Positions 37,793 to 47,200 of a stretch of 64,000 bases of DNA are shown piece after piece (position 1 is the first letter of the stretch; each line of letters begins with the position of its first letter). The position numbers and the translations under genes are program-made. The stretch is from positions 29,857 to 93,856 of the forward strand of contig JAKFXN010000001.1 in NCBI GenBank assembly GCA_021731405.1, given 5' to 3'. This stretch comes from Candidatus Parcubacteria bacterium. Lineage in GTDB: Bacteria > Patescibacteriota > Minisyncoccia > Phycocordibacterales > UBA918. The notes under the pieces were generated by a model, which was not told where the DNA came from, did not search any database, and saw only the letters and a program-made list of their open reading frames with translations.

Positions 37793-37858
37793 ATGCAGGC
37801 GCTTAGCCATGATTCGACCCCACAGGGAGAATCTGGCTGTAGCGAGCTGCAAAGTAGA
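37793..37858 (+). repeat. Copy 1 of a duplicated ~65-nt element (core ATGCAGGCGCTTAGCCATGATTCGACCCCACAGGGAGA + ..GCTGCAAAG.AGAA)
   Basis: The 38-nt core is identical to 37985-38022. Lies in the intergenic region downstream of the 2040-aa gene. Confidence 0.7.
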
Positions 37859-37984
37859 AGCTGTAAATCATCAGCCGACTATATTTTGCTTGACCTAATT
37901 TTTAAGGAGTGAAGCGACTAAAAAAATGTGAGGTGAATTGCGGAGCAAGAGAAAATGCCCTGGGGTAGAAATACTCTTGTGGTG

Positions 37985-38051
37985 ATGCAGGCGCTTAGCC
38001 ATGATTCGACCCCACAGGGAGAAAATGATGTATGTGGGCTGCAAAGCAGAA
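37985..38051 (+). repeat. Copy 2 of the duplicated ~65-nt element
   Basis: The core is 38/38 identical to copy 1 and the tail is partly conserved. Confidence 0.7.
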
Positions 38052-38079
38052 ACAAGGAGGCTATAGCCTCCTTGTTTTT
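38051..38079 (+). terminator. Plus-strand intrinsic terminator (AACAAGGAGGCTATAGCCTCCTTGTTTTT)
   Basis: 11-bp perfect stem with the T-run only on the plus side, immediately after repeat copy 2. This implies a short plus-strand transcript. Confidence 0.6.
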
Positions 38080-38108
38080 GGCTAATTTTTCACTTACAAT
38101 TCTAACCT

Positions 38109-41100
38109 TTAAATACCTCCACCGCCGCCAGAGCTACCGCCGCCTGCTTGGTGATACACCCTGACCTCAAGAGCATCTAGACGAATGGTATTGGAAGCTG
38201 GTTGCGCCGATACTCGAAGTCGGAAATTAGCTCCGCTAAACTGAGCTGCTGTCCAAGACCGTCCCCAAAGATCACTCGCACCACCCACAAGGTAGACTAC
38301 GTCAGAACCTGCCATAGTTGGAGTAGCTTTAGCAGTAGTGTATGAGTTACCACTATCCCAAGAGAGTGAGACATCAATTGTTCCAGCTGCCGTACTACCA
38401 GAAGCATCGAGCTTCACCGCAATACCTTGAATAGTATTTCCGTCAGGAACATTGAAGTTAAAGCCATTGTATGACTGACGAAGATTGGTTGAAGCGGCAG
38501 TGGCATAGGTACCATCAGACAAGAGGGCGTTTTCTCCATTAGTCCACTCATTATGACTGTCTCCAGTCGCGTTTGGACGAGCGAAGTCTGGGTCAGCAGC
38601 AATATTTTCTCCGTCTTCTTCCTCGCCAGCGCCCACTCCTCCACCAGTCTCACCTCCCTCAACAACACCTGCTCCTGCTGGTGCAGGATCTCCAATACGG
38701 GCAACATTACCTCCTCCACCTCCGCTACTATTCCTAAAATGTTGGGAAGTATTCACCGTCGTTAAAATGACCGGTGCGTAAACCGAGGTGGCCCCAAGAG
38801 CAGTTAACCCGAGTGCTGGAAGACTGAAGACTACCGAGTCTCCAAGCTGGGTCCCAGTAGTGTCAGCAGTGACCAGGTAATTGACTGACGTAGAGGCAAC
38901 AAAGTTTTGACTGAAGGTCACTGCACCATGTTGTCCATTGAAAGTCAGAATTCCGTCTCCATCAAGAAGGAGGTCTCCTCCATCCAAAACTCCATCGCTA
39001 TCATTGTCACGATAGAGATTGAAGTCGGAAAGATTGCTACTATCAAGACCTTGTACCCCACTAAGAGAGACCACCAGGTCAGTCACCGTTATCACTTCAC
39101 TCTGTCCGACCAGATTGAAGGCAAAGAGCGGAACATCATCTTTGTTTTGAGCACTAAACTCATTTTCTACTTGTCCCGCTGCATGATTTGCAATCGTAAC
39201 ACTGCCAGTAATACGGATTGTTTGTGTATCAAGTGCTGCTGGTTCACCGGCTGTATTACCGTCTGTATGAAGCTCAAAAGCGCTCGTAGTGGTAGAGACA
39301 GCGGCAAAAGATCCGGCCGTTATTCCGTTTACAATAAGCGTATCTGAGGCAGCGAAGTTTTCTGTCACGGTAAGCACCAGAGTTGCTCCGGCTTCTTCAT
39401 AAGATGCTGTAGTTGAAACCTTCCCCGCTGCCGTTCCGCCAAAGGTAAGATTGGTCGTACCGGTATTGAAACGGAAGTTTGAAGTAGTGGTCGCAATACT
39501 GATGCGAATATCATTTGCTGTAGTTATAGACGGACTAACACTCTCGGCAATAACCACTGCTCCGAGTGTGGTTGTGGCCTGCCCAACATAGAAGTGATAC
39601 GGGGCGGCAGAATAAAATTCTATTGCTTCTGCTGGCGTAAACGGCCAATTCACATTGTTGCCACTATCAAGACATCCTATATCACAAACCACAGTAGATA
39701 CATTAACGTTGTTTGAATCTTTTACATCTATGTTTGCTAAAGTTGTAGTAGCTGGATTTACATACCAATATTGACCATTTGTGCTTGAACGTAACAAATG
39801 CCTTTCACTTGAACTCGTTCCGGTAAAATTCCATTCTCCTTCAATAGTGGTAAGGGTACCTGCTCCGAAAGTGGTGGTGGCAGTTACTGTCGCATTCTTT
39901 GTCAGGTCAAAAAATGTCGTTGTTCCATTAAGGGCATGTACAGCACCAAGCAGGATAACTTCGCCCCCATTTGCGTCAAAAGCACCGTTATTAGTAAAGT
40001 CTCCGTTTGTGACCGAAAGCGCGCTTGAGGGTGCTGTAACACTCTTTCCCGCAGCCACTGTGAAACTTGTCGTTGAAGCAGTCGCTGTCAAAGTAACTCC
40101 GCCACCTCGACGAAGCACTGCGTCATCATCACCAACATACAAAGTTCCTCTACTGGTATCTATAGTCATCGCCCCAGTAAAGGTGGTGTCGCTTATAGTC
40201 TGGACCAAAGCCCAGTCAGCAGCAGAGTCACAGGCTGTAGATGTCTCACAACGAAACAAAATTTGTCCAGAACCAAAGCCACCAGCGTACAAAAAACCAT
40301 GACCTGAATCAAATTGGAGTGCGGTTATACCACCTAAAGTATCTCCCACATCCGTATCAAGTCCAGTAATGGTAGTAAAATCACCTGAAGCATTACAATC
40401 ACTGGAGAGTGGGCAGCGATAGATAATATCTGAAGATCCACCCCCGCCAGCGTACAAAACTTGATTGGTTGTATCAATTTCTATTGGAGTAAGATAGTCT
40501 ATTCCAGCATTATTGATCACAAATGAGAAGTCGCCATTTGCGTCACAGCTTGAGGATAGGACGCAGCGATAGATAGCACCAGCCCCACCATACCCGACAG
40601 TCACATACATCACATCGTTTACCTCATCAATTACAACATCACCCGAGTATCCAGAAATGGCAAAGCTTGAGAAATCACCTTGGGCATTACAGTCACTGGA
40701 AAGTGGGCAGCGGTAAAAGACGTTGTAATCACCACCGTATAAAACATTATTTTGTGTATCTATACCGAGGGCATAAAAACCATTTCCGTCTGCGTCATAC
40801 ACTTCACTAAAGTCACCCGAAGCATTACAGTCTGAAGACAAGACACAGCGATAAAGAGCACCTGAAGCAGGACTTCCAACACCAACATACAGAGCACCGT
40901 TTACTTCATCTACTACTATTGAGTAGACAATCTGATGTGTCGTATCATACGCCACTGCAAAGTCTCCACTGGCGTCACAGTTTGTGGTGAGGATACAGCG
41001 ATATAAGATTCCGTTGTCTCCCGAACCCGCATACAAGACGTCATTCGTTTCATCAATTGCAAAGACTCGGAACCATACCTGTCCACTTGCGTAAGCAGTA

Positions 41101-44100
41101 GTAAATGTCTCAGTCCCTACTCCAGAAACTTCAAGGTTTGCAAAAGCTGAAGTCCCAGTCATTGTCCCAGAAGCTACTCCTCCCAACGATGTTAAGAATA
41201 CCGTCCCGTTATTGGCATCAAAAGTTCCGCTATTTACATAATTCCCATTTACGATTAATTCCGCTGGTGCCTCGACAGTACCCTGCGTAATGGTTAAATT
41301 ATTCACTTCGGTGCTGGTTCCGAGGAGTAAGCCCGACCCGCCAACAGTAAGATGATTAAGGGCATTTGCCCCAACTAAGTCTCCCGAAAATTCTGGAGAA
41401 AGTTGGAAAGACATAATCTCACAACCAATAGCTGAGCCAGTGACAGATGAACAAGCGGTAAGACTTCCTTCTTTACCGAGGTAGAGATAATTACCACCAA
41501 CACTTAATGCCCCCATTGCAACCACTCCCGTTGCACCGGTAGGAGAACCGTTTGAGTCACGACCCGCGACATAGATAGGGTTTGTAGAAGAAGCGAGGTT
41601 ATAGACTTGCAGTTCACAACCAACGGCTGAATCTGGAATTTGGGAACAGGTCGTAGCATTATCTTCTTTACCAAGAAAGAGATGCTCATTTTTTATCACG
41701 ACTGAATATACTAACCCGGTAAACGTACCAACAGAACCACCGACGTCACGACCGGCACGATAAATAGGGTTCGTACTTGAAGAAATATCGTACACCTGAA
41801 GTTCGCAGTTATATGCTGCGCCTGCAACTTGAGAACAGGCAGAAGAACCTCCAGCGTTGGCAATATATAAATAATTGCCTGACTTGGCCATGCTTAAAAA
41901 TACATTGCCACTACTTCCTCCAGCATCTCCCTCAGCGTCACGACCGGCACGATAAATAGGGTTTGTACTTGAAGAAATATCGTACACCTGAAGCTCGCAA
42001 CCCGCCGCTGAACCTGGTGTCGGAGAACAAGCTGCAGTGTCACCGCCCGTACTGGCATACAGATAATCCCCATTAACAACTAAACTATAGACACTATTTA
42101 CACCCGAACCTGTTGATGACCCAGTACTATCACGTCCCGCCACATAGACCATATTTGTACTTGAAGAGATATCAAACACCATCAGTTCACAGCCGTCTCC
42201 CGCACCTGACGTTTGCCCGCACGAAGCACTGTTGAGTTCCTTCCCTGCATACAAATAATTACCTGACGCCGCTAAACTTAAGAAAAATAGCTGTGAGTTA
42301 CCATTGAGTGCACCATCATGATCTATTGAGGTAAGGAAGACAGGGTTTGTCGGATCAGTAATATCAAAAGACATCAGTTCACAACCCTGAGCGTTGGTCC
42401 CACTTTGGGTACAAGCGGTATTTACCCCTCCCTTACCAACAAACAAAATGTTGTCTTTAATGGTAAATGAAGAAATAAACTCCGCAAAGTTACCGTCCGC
42501 GGATCCGTCCACATCTCGCCCCGCGACGTAAATCATGTTGGTTGGATCAGAAACATCATACACTTGAATCTCACAGCCGATCGCCGAACCAGGAGTTTGT
42601 GAACAAGGAGTAGCCTCCCCAGCAGTACCAATAAATAAATAGTTGCCGTAGGTGATTGATTTATTGATAGTAACTGCGTCGGTACCTGTTGCTGATCCGT
42701 CCATATCCACCGCTCCAGAAAAACCAACAAGTGCTGTATCTGTATATATCTGTCCACCATTATTATCGAAGGTGCCTCCGTTGTGAAAGCTTCCAACAGT
42801 TAAATTTGTTGGCGCAACAAGACTTGAGCCAGCGCTGATGTAAAGATTTGAAGTTGAAGCAGAAGTAGTAGCAATGCTGTACGATGAAGAATTATCAAAA
42901 TCTAATGTAGAAAAGCTACTAGTTGCTGTCAAAATCCCATCAACCACTCCCGACCCAGTCATGTATACCACACCACCATTAGCATTAAATATTCCTCTAT
43001 TGATGAAATCCCCAGAAGCTTGTATAGATGGTGCTGAAACAAATTCTCCCCTGCTAATCAAAAAATCTCCATTAGAAACAAATTCTTCTCCGTTTAAGAA
43101 ATGAAGAATATCCGCATCAGACACAGTGTCGTAAGTAAAGTTAAGCGGATTTATTTGTACCGTAGATGAAGCACCGTACGCAATCACATGCTCATAGTAA
43201 AGCGGTATATTTCGTACCCCTATCCCCGTACTATACCCACTTACGAACGTAGTGGCGTCATTAGCATCACCATCAAGCCATATTACAAAAGGGGTACCGC
43301 TCGTAGCTGAAGAAACGTCTGCATTTGAAAATTCCCAAGCGCCACTACTATTTGTGGTAGTACTAAAAATACTTGGCGTTGAAGTACCGACCCACATCTT
43401 GATAGTTTTTCCCGAACCAGCGGTCGTTACGCCTGCGTCAGTGTACAATGTACCGGCAAAGTACGGAGACGGGGTTTCGCGGATAGCTAAGTGAATAGCC
43501 GCTGCGTCGTCAGTTGTGGCGTAGGTATAACCAACCGATCGTGCGCCTTGGCCAGCGGTAGTTTCCCGACCGAGCATACTAGCCTGCGTAGCAGCGAGCA
43601 CAATACTCTGCAGCGCAGTTGTGTTTGCGCCAGCAGTTAGGGCTGTGTTTCTACCAGTATAGGCTCCTACATACCGCATACTATTAGTACCCAAAGAACC
43701 ATCGTCTACTGACTGTTCACTGTACGCTAGGTTGTTTTGGAGTAATACATATCCGGTTGTTTCTGTATTCCCTGCTGCTTGTACAGAAGCTGCATTTGCG
43801 TACATTACCGTTGCATTATTGGTACGTGTTACCTCAATAGTCTGACTCCCCGTTGGGACACTTGACCCAAGAAAGAATGCGGTCACTCGAGCAGGTTCAG
43901 TGGTAGTGTCGATAGCCTCTGACACTTGCGTCATTGTTACTCCACCATAAGTTACTGAAGTAATGTAGTCTGCATTTGCTATTGTAGTCACAAACACGAG
44001 CACACCTTCAGGTGAGCCGGTATCTCCATGTGTCCAACTAAATGAAGTGGAGGAAGCGTTACCGCTTGTACCAGTATGACTTTCTGAAGAAGTACTGTGG

Positions 44101-44231
44101 GACACCGCCGCTAAAGCACTTGGTGCAAAGAGAACAAAATACGCAAAAGTAAAAAATAGAACCAGAAGAAAACCGAGGCTTTTTTTAGTTGCTTGGTTAG
44201 CGGTTTTGGTTGTGGTGATTGTTGTGTACAT
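38109..44231 (-). CDS. Giant (2040 aa) secreted repeat protein: 8 LVIVD-like beta-propeller repeats (C.L.VYD.S.STNP.Y.AGRD), 8 Cys-pair repeats (YRC.LSSDC.A.GDF), Ig-like regions and a Gly-rich C-terminus
   Basis: Signal peptide LGFLLVLFFTFAYFVLFAPSALA. The periodic repeats were read directly from the translation. Confidence 0.7.
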   Translation of the reverse strand: MYTTITTTKTANQATKKSLGFLLVLFFTFAYFVLFAPSALAAVSHSTSSESHTGTSGNASSTSFSWTHGDTGSPEGVLVFVTTIANADYITSVTYGGVTMTQVSEAIDTTTEPARVTAFFLGSSVPTGSQTIEVTRTNNATVMYANAASVQAAGNTETTGYVLLQNNLAYSEQSVDDGSLGTNSMRYVGAYTGRNTALTAGANTTALQSIVLAATQASMLGRETTAGQGARSVGYTYATTDDAAAIHLAIRETPSPYFAGTLYTDAGVTTAGSGKTIKMWVGTSTPSIFSTTTNSSGAWEFSNADVSSATSGTPFVIWLDGDANDATTFVSGYSTGIGVRNIPLYYEHVIAYGASSTVQINPLNFTYDTVSDADILHFLNGEEFVSNGDFLISRGEFVSAPSIQASGDFINRGIFNANGGVVYMTGSGVVDGILTATSSFSTLDFDNSSSYSIATTSASTSNLYISAGSSLVAPTNLTVGSFHNGGTFDNNGGQIYTDTALVGFSGAVDMDGSATGTDAVTINKSITYGNYLFIGTAGEATPCSQTPGSAIGCEIQVYDVSDPTNMIYVAGRDVDGSADGNFAEFISSFTIKDNILFVGKGGVNTACTQSGTNAQGCELMSFDITDPTNPVFLTSIDHDGALNGNSQLFFLSLAASGNYLYAGKELNSASCGQTSGAGDGCELMVFDISSSTNMVYVAGRDSTGSSTGSGVNSVYSLVVNGDYLYASTGGDTAACSPTPGSAAGCELQVYDISSSTNPIYRAGRDAEGDAGGSSGNVFLSMAKSGNYLYIANAGGSSACSQVAGAAYNCELQVYDISSSTNPIYRAGRDVGGSVGTFTGLVYSVVIKNEHLFLGKEDNATTCSQIPDSAVGCELQVYNLASSTNPIYVAGRDSNGSPTGATGVVAMGALSVGGNYLYLGKEGSLTACSSVTGSAIGCEIMSFQLSPEFSGDLVGANALNHLTVGGSGLLLGTSTEVNNLTITQGTVEAPAELIVNGNYVNSGTFDANNGTVFLTSLGGVASGTMTGTSAFANLEVSGVGTETFTTAYASGQVWFRVFAIDETNDVLYAGSGDNGILYRCILTTNCDASGDFAVAYDTTHQIVYSIVVDEVNGALYVGVGSPASGALYRCVLSSDCNASGDFSEVYDADGNGFYALGIDTQNNVLYGGDYNVFYRCPLSSDCNAQGDFSSFAISGYSGDVVIDEVNDVMYVTVGYGGAGAIYRCVLSSSCDANGDFSFVINNAGIDYLTPIEIDTTNQVLYAGGGGSSDIIYRCPLSSDCNASGDFTTITGLDTDVGDTLGGITALQFDSGHGFLYAGGFGSGQILFRCETSTACDSAADWALVQTISDTTFTGAMTIDTSRGTLYVGDDDAVLRRGGGVTLTATASTTSFTVAAGKSVTAPSSALSVTNGDFTNNGAFDANGGEVILLGAVHALNGTTTFFDLTKNATVTATTTFGAGTLTTIEGEWNFTGTSSSERHLLRSSTNGQYWYVNPATTTLANIDVKDSNNVNVSTVVCDIGCLDSGNNVNWPFTPAEAIEFYSAAPYHFYVGQATTTLGAVVIAESVSPSITTANDIRISIATTTSNFRFNTGTTNLTFGGTAAGKVSTTASYEEAGATLVLTVTENFAASDTLIVNGITAGSFAAVSTTTSAFELHTDGNTAGEPAALDTQTIRITGSVTIANHAAGQVENEFSAQNKDDVPLFAFNLVGQSEVITVTDLVVSLSGVQGLDSSNLSDFNLYRDNDSDGVLDGGDLLLDGDGILTFNGQHGAVTFSQNFVASTSVNYLVTADTTGTQLGDSVVFSLPALGLTALGATSVYAPVILTTVNTSQHFRNSSGGGGGNVARIGDPAPAGAGVVEGGETGGGVGAGEEEDGENIAADPDFARPNATGDSHNEWTNGENALLSDGTYATAASTNLRQSYNGFNFNVPDGNTIQGIAVKLDASGSTAAGTIDVSLSWDSGNSYTTAKATPTMAGSDVVYLVGGASDLWGRSWTAAQFSGANFRLRVSAQPASNTIRLDALEVRVYHQAGGGSSGGGGGI

Positions 44232-44252
44232 ATATGAGTGTTTTCTTTTGGA

Positions 44253-47200
44253 CTACACTACTGGTTCTTCACTTGGTTCTTCGACCGGGGCTTCAGGTTC
44301 TTCTTCAGGAGTCGGCTCTTCGGTCTCTTCTTCTGCAGGTTCTTCTGTTTCCTCCTCTTCGGTTTCTATAGTAGTTTCTTCTACAACTTCTTCATTCATC
44401 TCTTCGTCAATTGGTTCTTCCAGTGGTGGCGGTGTCTCCTCTTCTGCAACCTCCCCGTCGTTTGTTTCTTCTCCACTTGGTTCTTCCTCTACTTCTTCGT
44501 CTGGTGCAGGTTCTTCTCCGCTTGGCTCCTCTGCTGGTTCTTGAGGTACTACTTGCTCATCAAGCAGTCGCCGCAAGTCTTCCGCGTTGAGACATACTCC
44601 ATCCACACAAATCTCTTCCTTCACTTCCACTCGGTCTGCTTTCAAGGTAAGGATTGAGAGAACACCATCCACGAAGTTATTTGCTAAAGTAACAAGGCGA
44701 TTCCAAACTGTTTCTTCGCCTACCTCCCCTTCAATATCAAGCGCACCTGCTACCAGTGCGGCAATCATCGTCTTTCCTTCTTCGTCCAAGAATCGTTCGT
44801 TGAGTGAAACAAACATTACAATCTGTCCAACACGTACTTCCTCTCCACTATCCAAAGTCACTCGCTCGCTGCGAATATTTTTGAGCGCTGCCAATGCCGC
44901 CGCTTGCGCTTCAGCTTCAGCGAGCATTTGTGCTTCTTCTGCTTGTCCATCGGTTGAAGTAGCGATAAGTGGTACACATGGCGCTTCACCCGAAGCGCTT
45001 CCAGCGCCGTAGTAACAACCGTCATTAATACGCGGGTCGTTATCTTTATTGATAGGAGTTACTACCGGGTCAACCAAGTCATCTCCGAATTGATTAATAT
45101 ATGTATCTGAGTACGCTCGTGTCGCTTCAAAATCTTCAAGCGCAATACCAACCACCATTCCAGTTGAAGAAGCCTTCATTGCCACACCTGGTACTGAAGA
45201 AAGCATAAGCTCATCACCTGCTTTGATTTCTCCGTTTTCGTTTGAAAGTCGGACTGGCACACGTCCAGCTAAAGCTACTCCGTATCCTTCTTCACCAGCA
45301 CTGAGTGAACTGTCGTCAAATCCGAGGAGGAGACCCGGCTTTGTGGTCACAACTCCGATAACTTTTTCTTCTGTCTCTTCGCTCGCTTTACCAATTGAAA
45401 GTCCGTTCTTGAGGTACACAATTTCACCCGTCTTAAGAGACTCATTTGAGAAGTACATTTCCGCTAAGTCGGAATTACCCGTGTGATATGAAACTGCTGA
45501 GATACGCCCAGTGGTTGAAGCATTGCAACTACCGTCGTTATCAACACAGATACCACCGTACCCAATCTGGAGTCCAGCGTTGTTATTAGTTGTCCCGTCT
45601 CCGATAGTCGTCATACCGCGCGCACCAACAGTGAAGAGTGAGGTGCCAGCATTTTGGAGATCAATGTACTTTGAAGCAGTTGTTGAAGAGAATGAACCAC
45701 CTCCGTTTCCAAAGTTCATAAGTAGCCCCGTACCCACATAGGTCGAAGTGTCTTGGAAGAGCTTGAGGAGTGCAGCAGTGGTGATAGTCGAAGAGTAGCC
45801 ACGAAGTGCATTGCCTTGAGTAGTACCTTGCGTCTCTCCGTACACACCAGCTGGCTCAAAGGTACCGCCAGCATCACCCGCTGTGGTACCACGTACACCA
45901 AACGTTCGCGCAAAGCCTGAGAGCGCAGTGTTTTCTCCACGAGTGTTGTTTCCTCTATCGGTCTGTACTTCGAGTCCACGGACCGTGTTACCAAATGTGG
46001 TACTGTCTTCAAGTCTAAAGATGTTGCCTACGATAGTAGTTGTAGCGGTGGTGGTAGCGTAGAGATAAGTGTTGTTACCAAACTGCACTGCACTTGGCGT
46101 ACTGTTGGTGAAAGTAAAATATTGCTCAAGCCCTGCAGTACCCGCAGTATTAAAGTTGCGTCGTTCAATTGCTAAACGGGCACCTGGAGTAGTGGTACCG
46201 ATACCCACGTTTCCTGAAGATAGTGTGGAATCAATACCATCAACTCCGGTACCAAAGATAAGGTTGCCGATATTGAGAGTATTGTCTGCTGAAGCAGATA
46301 CGGCATCTATGTCATACCCGATGATGATGTTGTTGTTTCCGGTGGTGAGGTTGTCCGCCGTAAATGCTCCCAAGGCAATGTTACCTTCACCAGTCTCACT
46401 ATTTTCCAAAGCACTTACTCCAAGCGCTGTATTTCGCCGACCAGTTGTATTAGAAGCTAAAACACCTCTACCTATTGCGGTATTATCAGCACCAGTTGTA
46501 TTTGCAATCATTGTGAAGAAACCCAGCGCTGTGTTACTACCACCAGTTGTGGTGTTACTCATTGAGCTTTGCCCTACCGCGGTATTAGTACCACCAGTTG
46601 TTAAGGAACTGAGAGCGTACGAACCAATACCAACGTTATCAAGTCCTATGAACTGGTTGGTAGAAGAACCCAGTGTAAAGTTACCAGCCTGACGACCCAT
46701 AAAGATATTATCGCCATAAGTGTCGTCTAACGCGTAAGTATGAATAAAGCGATCACTTCCTACATTAAGTACCCCCGCAGCACCCCCACTTGTGGTTTCT
46801 GGAATATCTATATTCCCAGTCACACTCACATTACCAGCGACCGTGAGCTTTGAGCCCGGAGTTGAAGTACCAATACCCACATTACCTGAAGATAAGGTTG
46901 TCCCTGTACCATCAAGCCCAGTACCAAAGATAAGGTTGCCGATGTTGAGTACATTGTCAGCTGTGGCTGTGATGTTGTCGATATCGTAGCCGATGATGAT
47001 GTTGTTGTTTCCGGTGGTGAGGTTATCAGCAGCTTGGTAGCCGAGGAGAATGTTGTTGTCTGCACCAGTAGCCATGTTATATCCTGCACGGCGTCCAATC
47101 ACGGTAAAGTTACTTGCTTGATAATTAACACCATTGCCAAACGCCGCATTAGTTCCCAGAGCAACTGAATTAGAAGACGTGGCGGCATGGAAAGCAGAAT

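Noticed and set aside
37793-38022. Possible CRISPR array (two identical 38-nt repeats)
   Set aside because: There are only two copies, the spacing of about 155 nt is far too long for a spacer, and no cas genes are nearby. It is treated instead as a duplicated noncoding element.
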